53,671 nucleotides of DNA from a virus. Taxonomy: Duplodnaviria; Caudoviricetes. The position numbers were made by a program, and so were the translations under genes. The stretch is from the IMG/VR virus record IMGVR_UViG_3300045911_000047, positions 1-53,671 of that record; one strand, 5' to 3'. The notes below the pieces were generated by a model. The model was not told the DNA's origin and ran no database searches. It saw only the letters and a list, made by a program, of their open reading frames with translations. Shown in pieces: positions 17,232 through 27,036 of the stretch. Each line of letters starts with the position of its first letter. Within the stretch, counting starts at the first letter, position 1.

Positions 17232-18000
17232 TAATTGTGGGTGCACCCAGTCAGTGATTGTGGAGGAAACTCCTATTACTCCTGTAGATACAAACACTGT
17301 TGATCTTAGTGTCTCAGGGCAATATAACCATACGCTCAAGGCGGATGTTAAGGTGTCAAATGCCTCTGGGAACTCTTTGACTATAAACTCAGATGGCCTG
17401 TATTGTTCTTTAGATGTATCAGATTGTGAGGCACTCAGGGATTGTATAGATGTTGAAGATACTAACACTGTTGATCTAATTTATCTTGCTGGAGCACTTA
17501 GTGCGAATGTTAAAGTATCTCCCAATTCTTGTAACTCCTTACAGACTCTTAACAATGGACTATATATAAATGCTAATAATCGTTTTGGTGCACAAGAGGC
17601 CTTAGCTGTATATCAAGGAAGCCCTATACAGGTAGGAACTACTCCAATTATTCTTCTTACGACTGGTACTGTTTCAGCTATCCCCGCTCAATGTAGAAGC
17701 ACCTCGGTTGGGTTTGTGGTAACTGGACGGTTAAGGATCCAGAAAAACGTAGGTCTTGATTTTGTGATTGATATTCAGATTCAAAAGAATACCAATGGTT
17801 GGGGGCCACAAAGCACTTTTAGGATAGGGAATAATATGCTTTGGGATGCTGATTATGTATTCACGGATGTGGGAACAGTGTTAGGCCCCGGGCAAGTTCC
17901 AGATACATATCAAATTAGAATGCTAGTTTATTCTAATGGATCCTTTGTTACTGTCACAGGCGGGGAATTAAATTTATTATTATTCTACGGGTCTGTATGA
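17212..18000 (+). CDS. putative virion fibre/decoration protein A
   Basis: Duplicated D.NTVDL...A.VKVS..GN.L....DGLY units; beta-rich C-terminus; paralogue of 18236. Confidence 0.6.
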   Translation: MGYYKTNNCGCTQSVIVEETPITPVDTNTVDLSVSGQYNHTLKADVKVSNASGNSLTINSDGLYCSLDVSDCEALRDCIDVEDTNTVDLIYLAGALSANVKVSPNSCNSLQTLNNGLYINANNRFGAQEALAVYQGSPIQVGTTPIILLTTGTVSAIPAQCRSTSVGFVVTGRLRIQKNVGLDFVIDIQIQKNTNGWGPQSTFRIGNNMLWDADYVFTDVGTVLGPGQVPDTYQIRMLVYSNGSFVTVTGGELNLLLFYGSV

Positions 18001-18185
18001 TAAAATATTATCGTTATATCGATGAGAATGGAACTTATCTAGTTACCAGTGATTCTGAGATGCCTGAACCTTTCCTAGAGATAACTAAGACTGAGTTCCT
18101 AACAACATATTCTAATATCTTAGGTATGGGGACTCAGGTGCAAGATTGGCTATTCCCAGAGTCAATACAAGAAGCGCCTCAATAA
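17997..18185 (+). CDS. small protein, possible fibre chaperone
   Basis: Coupled to the fibre gene; YY...IT.xE[FY] pattern shared with 19171. Confidence 0.55.
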   Translation: MIKYYRYIDENGTYLVTSDSEMPEPFLEITKTEFLTTYSNILGMGTQVQDWLFPESIQEAPQ

Positions 18186-18235
18186 GAAAAAGTTCTAATG
18201 CATCTATATTCATTAGATGGTATAAAATAAGAGGT

Positions 18236-19174
18236 ATGTCTTGTTGTTGTAAGCCTCAAGAGTGTAAATGTATCAGTATCACCTCTATTGCAGAGGAGAC
18301 TCCGATTACCCCCTTAGACAGTAATACCGTAGATCTTACTGTCTCGGGAGCCTATGATCATACAATCAAGGCTGATGTGCGGGTATCCGCTGCCTCTGGG
18401 AATACTCTATCTGTACTTTCTGATGGGCTATATGTCTCAGGTACCAATGTTGATTGTAATCAGGTTCGATCTTGCCTGTCTGTAGAGGACACTGACACTA
18501 TTGATTCAAGCTATAATCAGATTACAGGGCAATTCTCTGCGAATGTTAAGGTATCTTCTAATCCCAATAATAATCTATCAATCGCTTCAGATGGCTTATT
18601 CGCTTCTGGGGTAGATAATCTAGTAACAGTTAATCCGGGCAATCCAAACTGTCAGCTTGTTGGGCCTAATAGCATGATAAAGAATGCTAGTATCGTAGGG
18701 GATACCCTAAATATTTGGGGTGCTCCAGAGGTAGCACAGCAGATAACTAGTATCAGTGCCTTTAATATCATTTCCTATTCTCCACCAGTTGGCTCCTTAG
18801 GATTGGCATTAGAGACCACCAATTTAATTGTCTCTTTTAATCCTTGTAGAAGCACCGTTGGATATATATTTATAAGATTAGCCATAGAGTTAAATAAGCC
18901 TAGTGCTGTTGGGTGGTATTGTGAGTTAGACGTTAGTACCAATAGTGGCGTTACTTGGACAACCATCTCAACCTATAATCTAAACTCTGGGGTAGCTTAC
19001 AATGGAACTTTTGATGTTTCTGCTAGTCCTTTTCCAGTAGCAGTTCCTATAGGAGGCCCAAACCAAACTGTTAGGGTACGAGCTAGGATGCGACAAAATG
19101 GTGGCGCTTTTGGAGATATTGTTATAGTGTCTAGGAACATAGTATTAAGTAGTTTTGGAGTTTCCCTAGGATGA
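18236..19174 (+). CDS. putative virion fibre/decoration protein B
   Basis: Likely start is ATG 18236 (GAGGT adjacent, MSCCCK); N-terminal ~120 aa paralogous to 17212. Confidence 0.6.
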   Translation: MSCCCKPQECKCISITSIAEETPITPLDSNTVDLTVSGAYDHTIKADVRVSAASGNTLSVLSDGLYVSGTNVDCNQVRSCLSVEDTDTIDSSYNQITGQFSANVKVSSNPNNNLSIASDGLFASGVDNLVTVNPGNPNCQLVGPNSMIKNASIVGDTLNIWGAPEVAQQITSISAFNIISYSPPVGSLGLALETTNLIVSFNPCRSTVGYIFIRLAIELNKPSAVGWYCELDVSTNSGVTWTTISTYNLNSGVAYNGTFDVSASPFPVAVPIGGPNQTVRVRARMRQNGGAFGDIVIVSRNIVLSSFGVSLG

Positions 19175-19317
19175 ACTATTATTATACTAAAAATGGTGAT
19201 ATTGATATCCTAATTGCTACAACAGAGGAGTTAACAGGGTATACGGTTATCACCGAAGCTCAGTATAGAGATGCCCTAGATTCCTTGGCTAAGAAGGAAC
19301 CTGTTCAGATACAATGA
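19171..19317 (+). CDS. small protein, possible fibre chaperone (MNYYYTKNGDIDILIATTEELTGYTVITEAQY...)
   Basis: 48-aa ORF with ATGA overlaps at both ends. Confidence 0.6.
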   Translation: MNYYYTKNGDIDILIATTEELTGYTVITEAQYRDALDSLAKKEPVQIQ

Positions 19318-20048
19318 ACATTGTAACTATCATTTACAACGAAGCCCCCTATCTAAAGGAGTGGATTGAGTTTCACCTAGCTCAAGGTTTCCAGAAGTTC
19401 TATATCTATGATAATGACTCTACGGATTCCCCGTTAGATGTCCTAGCTAAGTATATGGATACAGGGATTGTATCCTATATTAGATGGCCAATCGTGCCCG
19501 GCCAAATTGCAGCGTATCAGGATTTTATAAACAAGAATAAGCACCTTGAGACCTTGACAGCTTTTATAGATCTGGATGAGTTCATTGTGGGGGAAATACC
19601 TAAGGATGCAGATGGGGTGCTACTTAATTGGTATCTATTTGGATCTAATGGGCATGAGCATTATGTGGATCTGCCTGTAACTCAAAGATTCACTAAAAGG
19701 CAAAAGAAGATTAATCCTCATGTGAAATCTATAATAAGGCCTAATAAGTTCATAGGGCCTCTAATTGACCCTCATTATATCCCTGTACAAGGCCTGATTG
19801 TAGATGGTAATGGGACAAAGATTGAAAAGCCTACGCCCCTATATACCCCTAAGAAAAAGACCTTAAAATGTAGGATTCATCATTATGTAGTTAAGTCTAA
19901 GGAAGAGTGTCATAAGAAATGTACTAGACCTAGGGCTGATAGTGGGGAGATTAGGGATTTCTTATGGTATTTTAAAGAGCATGATTGTAATGAAGTAACG
20001 GATGAAAGTGCTAGTAACACTTATAACCGCAACAGGGAACAGGCCTGA
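19314..20048 (+). CDS. glycosyltransferase, GT92/GT2-like
   Basis: NEAPYLKEWIEFH, YDNDSTD, Q..AY, FIDLDEF, W.LFG, KSI, IHHY. Confidence 0.88.
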   Translation: MNIVTIIYNEAPYLKEWIEFHLAQGFQKFYIYDNDSTDSPLDVLAKYMDTGIVSYIRWPIVPGQIAAYQDFINKNKHLETLTAFIDLDEFIVGEIPKDADGVLLNWYLFGSNGHEHYVDLPVTQRFTKRQKKINPHVKSIIRPNKFIGPLIDPHYIPVQGLIVDGNGTKIEKPTPLYTPKKKTLKCRIHHYVVKSKEECHKKCTRPRADSGEIRDFLWYFKEHDCNEVTDESASNTYNRNREQA

Positions 20049-20703
20049 GGCGTTTAAGATTTGTGAACAATTAATTGATGCCCAAACGTATAAGAACATT
20101 CAATGGATTGTTGTGGATGACTCTGGGGATACTGTGTGCACCAAAAGGCAAACGGTCTTAGAAGGGCCATTAAGGTGGCGTAAGGGGTTTAATACCCAAA
20201 GGTTTAATCTATGGAAGGCATTACCCTATGTAAAGGGGGAATATCTATTCTTCATAGAGGATGATGATTTCTACCGAAGTGATTACCTAGAGTATTATCT
20301 CAAGCTATTTGAGTCTGGGGCTGATATAATAGGGGAAGCAAATGTTAAGTATTATAATCTGCCCTATCAGGCCTACCAAGCAATGCAGAATCTAGAGCAT
20401 ACTTCCTTATCCGCTACCGCTATTAGGACAAAGACTATGTTAGATACCTTTGAGGAGGCCTTGCATAGTGGGGAGAAGTTCTTTGATATTACCTTATGGG
20501 AGTTAGCAAGAAAGAAAAATACTCTTTTATTTACAAATCAAAATGTTAGTATAGGGATTAAGGGCTTACCCGGAAGAGCTGGGATAGGGTATGGGCATGA
20601 ACCAAAGGGGTTCATAACTGATACTGGCGGCAGACAATTAAAGAAATGGGTTGGGCCTGAGTGGTTTAATGTTTATTCAAAATATCTAGGAGTTAGGAAA
20701 TGA
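20002..20703 (+). CDS. glycosyltransferase, GT2/GT-A fold
   Basis: ITAT..RP, QTY, WIVVDD, FIEDDD.Y. Confidence 0.85.
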   Translation: MKVLVTLITATGNRPEAFKICEQLIDAQTYKNIQWIVVDDSGDTVCTKRQTVLEGPLRWRKGFNTQRFNLWKALPYVKGEYLFFIEDDDFYRSDYLEYYLKLFESGADIIGEANVKYYNLPYQAYQAMQNLEHTSLSATAIRTKTMLDTFEEALHSGEKFFDITLWELARKKNTLLFTNQNVSIGIKGLPGRAGIGYGHEPKGFITDTGGRQLKKWVGPEWFNVYSKYLGVRK

Positions 20704-20789
20704 AAAAGAAATGTAGCACTAAAGCTAAAGATTCTTTGAAACTTCATATAAAGAAGCCAAAAGTCAAGATCTCTAAAGGTAAAAAGTGA
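20700..20789 (+). CDS. 29-aa Lys-rich peptide
   Basis: Overlap-coupled to both neighbours (ATGA and GTGA). Confidence 0.45.
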   Translation: MKKKCSTKAKDSLKLHIKKPKVKISKGKK

Positions 20790-21097
20790 GTTCTAGAAGA
20801 TTAAAAGGACAGATATTGGCGGGTAAGCCAGTATCTGTTCGTCAGATTAAAAAATACGCTAAAGAACCTGTAAAAGATAAGAATCCTATACATGCTGAGT
20901 TTAGGAATAATCTGATACAGCAGGTAATGAGACAAGTTGAGCAAGGACGTAATTTGTCTTCGGATAAGAAGATGGTTACCCCTACAAACATACAGGTAAC
21001 TCCAAATCAGCAAACAGTCATAGAGGGGCCTAGGATTAAGACCACATCTAATATGGCTGGTACTCTTACTACTAACAAGAAAGTTAAAAAGAGGTGA
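20786..21097 (+). CDS. hypothetical basic protein
   Basis: ORF within a contiguous operon. Confidence 0.65.
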   Translation: MSSRRLKGQILAGKPVSVRQIKKYAKEPVKDKNPIHAEFRNNLIQQVMRQVEQGRNLSSDKKMVTPTNIQVTPNQQTVIEGPRIKTTSNMAGTLTTNKKVKKR

Positions 21098-21100
21098 GAT

Positions 21101-21424
21101 ATGTTTAAATCAAAGACAGTAAAAAGAGTGATAGCTTCTGCCTTGGCAACAGCTACAAGTGTCCTGACTTTTATCCCGGGAACTAGCGAAGTTGTTGCGG
21201 CATTAATATGGATTACTGGAATCCTAGGGGGTGTTGGTGTAAGCCATGCGGCAATAGCAGGTACCTTAGGAGCTAATAATCTAGCAACGCTCTCTAGTGT
21301 GCTCTCAGCCTTAGTTCTTGTATTCCAAAGCGTGCCCGAGCTAGCGCCTTATGCTGAATGGGTCTTGTACTTAGCAGGAGTTCTTGGTATCCCTGTAACA
21401 ATAAAGAAACTTGGAAAAGTTTGA
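21101..21424 (+). CDS. multi-pass membrane protein, holin candidate
   Basis: 3-4 hydrophobic segments, basic termini, internally duplicated helix pairs; GAGGTG RBS. Confidence 0.55.
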   Translation: MFKSKTVKRVIASALATATSVLTFIPGTSEVVAALIWITGILGGVGVSHAAIAGTLGANNLATLSSVLSALVLVFQSVPELAPYAEWVLYLAGVLGIPVTIKKLGKV

Positions 21425-21671
21425 AAATATAAAAATAGATGAAGAGGTAAGCGAGACTTATGTTCCAGAAAAAGCTTTAATGCTTGCTATCTTGGAACGT
21501 GCTTTAATGGATCTCAATCTTCCAGACACAAAAAATCGTAGATGTGCACTGAAATGGTTTATGGGGGAATCTACAGATTACATATTTTCTTATAAAAGTT
21601 GTATAGAGACACTTGATCTTACTAAGGATCAAATACAAGCTATTCAAGCTAAGATTAATAAGAGGGTTTAG
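21411..21671 (+). CDS. hypothetical protein
   Basis: Last + strand ORF before convergence with the late operon. Confidence 0.7.
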   Translation: MEKFENIKIDEEVSETYVPEKALMLAILERALMDLNLPDTKNRRCALKWFMGESTDYIFSYKSCIETLDLTKDQIQAIQAKINKRV

Positions 21672-24600
21672 TCAAATATTTTAAAAATTTCTCAGACTCC
21701 TCGTCTAACTTATCTATCCAATATTGATATTCTTCTAAATCATCTTTCTCTTTAGCGTTTAAGATATTAGATTCAATCTCTTTATATCTTTTATACCAAT
21801 TCATAACAACTTTGGCTTCTTTAACTTCGTTTTTATTTCGTCTCTCTTTCTTTACAGATTTAACTTGAGTATATCTAAAGTACATCTCATTAGCAGCATC
21901 TCCAGCTTCCAATCTAATTCCGCTAAGATCCGCTAAACGATCCTTGAACTCTTCCTCAGAAGCTTCTACGTCTCCATAATTAGAGACCCTAAAGAAAGAC
22001 CTAGACAGTGGCCCTGCCAAAGGAATCTTAGACAGTTCATCATACCAAGTTCTAGCGGTAATAGTTCTATAAGGATCAAACCCTATTATATTAGGTGCTA
22101 ATTGATTAGCCATGTATTGTGCCATGATTGAGGTTCTATCCCAAAATCCACCAGCTTGTGCAACGTCTTTAGGAAACACTGGCTTATTCCTAAAAAAATC
22201 ATGTGGATTACCTCCTGTGGCGTATTGAGCTATATTGTATGCCCACTGTAATGGTGGGGTCATTCTTCCCAATAGACCAGATCCTAGTGACATTATTCCT
22301 TCCCCAGTCTTAGAATACACGTCTTTAAAAGGATCGTCCTGTCCTGCTAAGAACTTACTTGTAGCATTAATCAGAGGCCACAAAACCCTAGTAAGATCTG
22401 TGTAAGTATGTGCTTGTGGTATCCCAATGTTAGCAGATTTCCAATTTGCTCCTATTTCTTTTGATTCAAAAGTTCCCCAAACTCTTAAATCACCTTTATC
22501 ATCGATAAATCCTATAGGAATCATCAATCTCGATATTTTATCAAAAGAAGGAACTTTTCGTAGGAATTTTTTATAAATATCTTCAGCTTCCTTCCCATAG
22601 ATAGCCGCAATAATCGATAAAAATCCACTTGTATATAGAATCCTAGGTAAGATTATATTTATCCCTGCAGCAGCAACTCCGTAGGGGCCATAGTCTTTAA
22701 TTAAAATTGCAGAGTTTCTAATACTGTTTAAATATACCCTACCAAACAAAGTAAAATTATTTATATCCTTGGCTAGGTATCCCCCTCCTGTAGGATCAGG
22801 AACTCCTCCATGGTTCCTTGCAAAATTAGCTGCAACTTCTTTAGGCATTCCAGAATCTATAGCCATTTTATAAGTGGCAAACTTAGATATAGCATCTACA
22901 TGTTCTGCCATAGATTCAGTAGCTTTAAACAAACCTTTTGTTTTACGACTAAGCCAAGTTTTATCTAATAGTTCAGCTCCTTTCTTGTGGACGCTTTCTA
23001 GGAAAGTATTTGGAACCTCTAACTCAACTTCATACGCCATTGCCATGTTAGTGAGGAAATTATCTAGTACAGATTTTGTTCTTAATCCAGCCCCATATTC
23101 CATCTGAATAGATGGGAATAGATTAAATCTAATGGCATCTTCAAGTAATTCAGATTTTGGAGCATCAGGATTTTTAAAGTATTCCCTAACTTCCTTAGTT
23201 GCTTCTGGTAAAGTTTGAGCCAATTTTTTAGCTATAATGAAAGGATTTATAGTTTTATAAATAGGCATAGTTAAAGAAGCAAGGTTTTGAAACTCTCTTA
23301 TTGGCTCGTTTATAAAAGAAAATACGGGATTAAAGACAGTTCTAAACTGTCTTACCATTAATAAGTCTCTAATATATCCAAGAGTATTTCCTATAGTTCC
23401 TAGTACAGGGCCTAGATGCCCTTGATCTGGAGTGTTAATAATAGGTGATAATTGTTTTCCTCCTTTTATAATTGCAGCATAGGGAACTCCGTTGGCATAA
23501 ACAGGCACTACTAGATCATTTGGGTCTACTTTAACGTCATTAGCCTTAAAGCTCTTAGAAAGTCTTTTATATTCAACGTTATACCCAAGATTACTTGCTA
23601 AAGATGCTAAGGTGTTTTTAGCAATTTGAACGTATGATCTAGCTACTAATGCTTGTACCTTAAATATGCTGGTAGGGATTACTGGGGTTCTATCTCCATA
23701 AGCTCCTGTAGCAGCTTTTATAGCCCCGTCAATATCATAAAAGTCTGTAAAATAATCTACTAATTGATAATGAACCCAATTATCTGCATTAAGTGCTATT
23801 GTACTTAAAAGCCGATTGTTAAAGATTCCTGCTTTATCGTATATTGGAAGAGCATTGCTAAGGACTTTATAAAAATCCTTACTAGCTTTCTCTAATAAAA
23901 AATAATTCTCTCCCCATTTATCTTTTAGATTTTTGATTGTTTGATTAGCATCAAACCAAGTAGTACCTCGTTGGTTTAACATGTATTTTCGTACATGATA
24001 AGTCTTAGGGTCAAACAAGACAGTTGCAATATCGCCAGTATAAAGTTCCTTGAATATATCATTAAAAGCTTTTCTATTAGGAGCTACATCAATTTTTTCA
24101 AATCTACGATAATAAGATTCTATTATGTTTTGTTTTTTTAATTCATATTCTGGGTCATTAACATCTAATCTGTCTATTCTTCTTATAATATAATCTGGAA
24201 GTTTATCTGGGGGTTTAGTAGATACCTCCATATCAAAAGTAGCCATTAAATCTATAAGATCATTTATGGATCTCACTTCCTTTAAAGCGTTTCGTAATTT
24301 ATCGGGAATAATTTTTTCAAAAACAGGGTTTTCAAAAACATTTTTAACAATAGAATAAGCATCTTCAAATTTTACTTTTTTTATAATTTCGATTCCAAGT
24401 GAAGTATTTCTAAGAAGTCTTCTAGCGTTTAGGAAGTTATTCCAATCAACCATAGCTTCTTGTTTTGAAATTTGATAAAGATTTCCGTCTTTATCTTTAA
24501 CCATTGGCAAATTTTTTATAAAATAATTTATTATTTTTTGTGTGGGAGATACTAAGAAGTTTTTAGTGTAATCTGATATAAAAGTATTCCTATCTTTTAT

Positions 24601-27036
24601 AATCCTAAGCATACCTTGTAAGATATTACGAGTGTCTGGGTTAGATACTCGGTCTATTTTGCTTTGTAATATTCCATTAACATTAAATAATGCGAGTCTA
24701 ATTTCTTGAATTAAGTTTTTCCCAATAGTCCATAAAGATTTGTTATTTTGTTTTAATTTTTGAGAAGCCTCGTGTCTTTTAAATGTCTTTTCAATACTAG
24801 AAACAGTGTCATCAATATTAAGGTCTTCTAATACCCTAAGATTGTTTGAAATATTCTTCCACCAATTCCAAAGATTTTTTAGCTCTGGGGACTTACTAAA
24901 TCCTTCATCTAGTGTTTTATAGACTTGCGGATACTCTTTAACTAAATCTGGAGCCAGCATAAGAGCTGAGAATACATCTGCATATATTTCTTTAGCAGTG
25001 TTGCGATAACCATCTTTCTTATATCCCGGACGCCATCTAGCCGATATATCTTCAGCTTGTCTCCATAACTCTGTATTTTCAGGAAGTCTGAAAGACAGAT
25101 CATCTTTCATAAACTTTAATTTCATTACTAGGGTTTTAGTATTTGGATTTACCTCTACCCCTTGATTAAGCATGTAATCATTTAGGATATCTATAAAATG
25201 CCCTAATTCATGTGCCATTGTTTTTATAGCTGCTATTGGGTTAGAGAATAGTTTCTTAGATAAGACAACCCTAGCATCTCGTATAGTTGTGTCGTTTGGT
25301 TGTACTGTTTTAGTATCTTTCTTTGGCCAAGAAAAATAGCCATATTTACCTACCGTATTCTTGACAAACTTTAAAAACTCCTGTGGATTTTTTTGTACTA
25401 ATTCTGCTGCTAAAGAAGTAGCTACTCTTAAAGCTCCTGGGGCATACTCAAGGTCACTAAAAACTCCATTAGGAAATCTTGATATAAAAATCTTATCTGA
25501 AGTGTTAACCTTACCATCTTCTGTAAGAACTGTATTATCTACTACAGATTCTACTACTGTATCATTAGGGTCAGCGATACTATCTAATTCTGGAAGTTCT
25601 ACTGGTTTTAACCCTGTAACTTCTTCTGGAATAGGAACTACAGACTCACTTTCTATTACTTCCCCATCTTTAAGTATATATGTAGAATCCTGTTTATTAA
25701 ATACAACTTCCTCTGGAGTTGGTTGTCCCATTAAGTCTTCTTCTCTAAGAACACTTGCAGCCTCTAGTCCTCGCAACCTAGCTTCATCGTTCTTAACCCC
25801 TTTTTCTACTGCTTCTACGCCAGTTAAAGCTGTATCTATCTCTGAAATGTCTTCTTTTGGTTTTATAGGGGAACCATAAGAAGCTATCCCTTGTAAAGCT
25901 CCTCCTAATATACCTCCATACACCGCACTTTTAGCCACCCCATCAAAGAATCCTATGTCTTTATTATCAAGAGCATAGGCTAAAGACTCATTAGAAATCC
26001 CTGATTGAATTGCTTCTACAGTAGCTCCTTCAAGAGCTGCCTTAGAAATTAAAAATTTACTACCTTCAAATATCTGTTTTTTTAACAATCTATCAACAGC
26101 TCTACCACCATATCTAACAAAAGGAATAGTTCCTATTATCTGAGCTGCTGCTTCTATCCCTGCTGCTTTTGTTGCTCGATCTTCTTCTCCTGTAACATCT
26201 AATCCAGTCTCATACCGCTCTCTTACAAATCCTAACATGGCTGGTATACTTCCTAGAGTGAAAGCAACAGAAGAGCCAGCTCCAGATATAATTAAAGGTA
26301 CCGCTGGAATAGTATATCCTGCTAAAGTTCCTAAGATACTAGATACTTCCGATGAAATATCCTCATTCCTAGAAGGATCTATATATTTATCCAAACTCTT
26401 AAAGTCTTCCCCAGTTACTAATCTGTACAATGGGTCTACAGCCCCCTCAGCAAACCTTAAAGGAGCGTCCAGCACTTTGCCAAATATCCCACGAGAACGA
26501 CCACGAATACTCCCCTCTGTAAAATTAGCTGCTGTCTCTACGGAATTTTTCCAGATATCTTTGTTTAAAATTACTCTAGGGTCTGTAGTATTTTCTATAT
26601 ATTCTAGGTTAGCATCTCGCCACCGTCTAATTCGATCTATATCATCTTCTTCGATGGTATCAGACTCTAACTCGCTTAAATGAACAATAATATCGTTATT
26701 ATAAGTAAAATTAGGATCAAACTCTTTTATTCTAAATCTTTGTCTAAGAAGAGCTCCTACCTTAGACAATTCTTCCTCTGCTCCTTCCCCAGGATATATA
26801 TCAAGAATTTTTTGATAAGCACTCTCAAAAGAATCTTCTTCGGCAATAATAGCCATAGCCTCTATTTCAAAATCTACATTTGATTTAATTTTTGATGCCT
26901 TTGATATAGGCTCTTCTGCTATAGGCTCTTCTGCTGTAGAACTTTGTTCAGAAATTGGTGTTAGGGTATTGGGAGAGGTTAACGCCTCTTCTTTCTCTTC
27001 TCCATCATCTCCCTCATCATAAATAATTTTATGCAT
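21655..27036 (-). CDS. large internal virion/ejection (polyvalent-type) protein with a zincin-like metallopeptidase motif
   Basis: 1793 aa; AHELGHFID plus a downstream E..AD; last gene of the virion operon. Confidence 0.65.
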   Translation of the reverse strand: MHKIIYDEGDDGEEKEEALTSPNTLTPISEQSSTAEEPIAEEPISKASKIKSNVDFEIEAMAIIAEEDSFESAYQKILDIYPGEGAEEELSKVGALLRQRFRIKEFDPNFTYNNDIIVHLSELESDTIEEDDIDRIRRWRDANLEYIENTTDPRVILNKDIWKNSVETAANFTEGSIRGRSRGIFGKVLDAPLRFAEGAVDPLYRLVTGEDFKSLDKYIDPSRNEDISSEVSSILGTLAGYTIPAVPLIISGAGSSVAFTLGSIPAMLGFVRERYETGLDVTGEEDRATKAAGIEAAAQIIGTIPFVRYGGRAVDRLLKKQIFEGSKFLISKAALEGATVEAIQSGISNESLAYALDNKDIGFFDGVAKSAVYGGILGGALQGIASYGSPIKPKEDISEIDTALTGVEAVEKGVKNDEARLRGLEAASVLREEDLMGQPTPEEVVFNKQDSTYILKDGEVIESESVVPIPEEVTGLKPVELPELDSIADPNDTVVESVVDNTVLTEDGKVNTSDKIFISRFPNGVFSDLEYAPGALRVATSLAAELVQKNPQEFLKFVKNTVGKYGYFSWPKKDTKTVQPNDTTIRDARVVLSKKLFSNPIAAIKTMAHELGHFIDILNDYMLNQGVEVNPNTKTLVMKLKFMKDDLSFRLPENTELWRQAEDISARWRPGYKKDGYRNTAKEIYADVFSALMLAPDLVKEYPQVYKTLDEGFSKSPELKNLWNWWKNISNNLRVLEDLNIDDTVSSIEKTFKRHEASQKLKQNNKSLWTIGKNLIQEIRLALFNVNGILQSKIDRVSNPDTRNILQGMLRIIKDRNTFISDYTKNFLVSPTQKIINYFIKNLPMVKDKDGNLYQISKQEAMVDWNNFLNARRLLRNTSLGIEIIKKVKFEDAYSIVKNVFENPVFEKIIPDKLRNALKEVRSINDLIDLMATFDMEVSTKPPDKLPDYIIRRIDRLDVNDPEYELKKQNIIESYYRRFEKIDVAPNRKAFNDIFKELYTGDIATVLFDPKTYHVRKYMLNQRGTTWFDANQTIKNLKDKWGENYFLLEKASKDFYKVLSNALPIYDKAGIFNNRLLSTIALNADNWVHYQLVDYFTDFYDIDGAIKAATGAYGDRTPVIPTSIFKVQALVARSYVQIAKNTLASLASNLGYNVEYKRLSKSFKANDVKVDPNDLVVPVYANGVPYAAIIKGGKQLSPIINTPDQGHLGPVLGTIGNTLGYIRDLLMVRQFRTVFNPVFSFINEPIREFQNLASLTMPIYKTINPFIIAKKLAQTLPEATKEVREYFKNPDAPKSELLEDAIRFNLFPSIQMEYGAGLRTKSVLDNFLTNMAMAYEVELEVPNTFLESVHKKGAELLDKTWLSRKTKGLFKATESMAEHVDAISKFATYKMAIDSGMPKEVAANFARNHGGVPDPTGGGYLAKDINNFTLFGRVYLNSIRNSAILIKDYGPYGVAAAGINIILPRILYTSGFLSIIAAIYGKEAEDIYKKFLRKVPSFDKISRLMIPIGFIDDKGDLRVWGTFESKEIGANWKSANIGIPQAHTYTDLTRVLWPLINATSKFLAGQDDPFKDVYSKTGEGIMSLGSGLLGRMTPPLQWAYNIAQYATGGNPHDFFRNKPVFPKDVAQAGGFWDRTSIMAQYMANQLAPNIIGFDPYRTITARTWYDELSKIPLAGPLSRSFFRVSNYGDVEASEEEFKDRLADLSGIRLEAGDAANEMYFRYTQVKSVKKERRNKNEVKEAKVVMNWYKRYKEIESNILNAKEKDDLEEYQYWIDKLDEESEKFLKYLTKPSY

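Noticed and set aside
17212-19174. Diversity-generating retroelement (TR/VR pair)
   Set aside because: No reverse transcriptase; the similarity is N-terminal and the differences are not adenine-specific.
25361-26683. Long + strand ORFs (25361..25879, 26237..26683), 49586..50080 and similar
   Set aside because: Antisense shadows of long genes, with no RBS or protein motifs.
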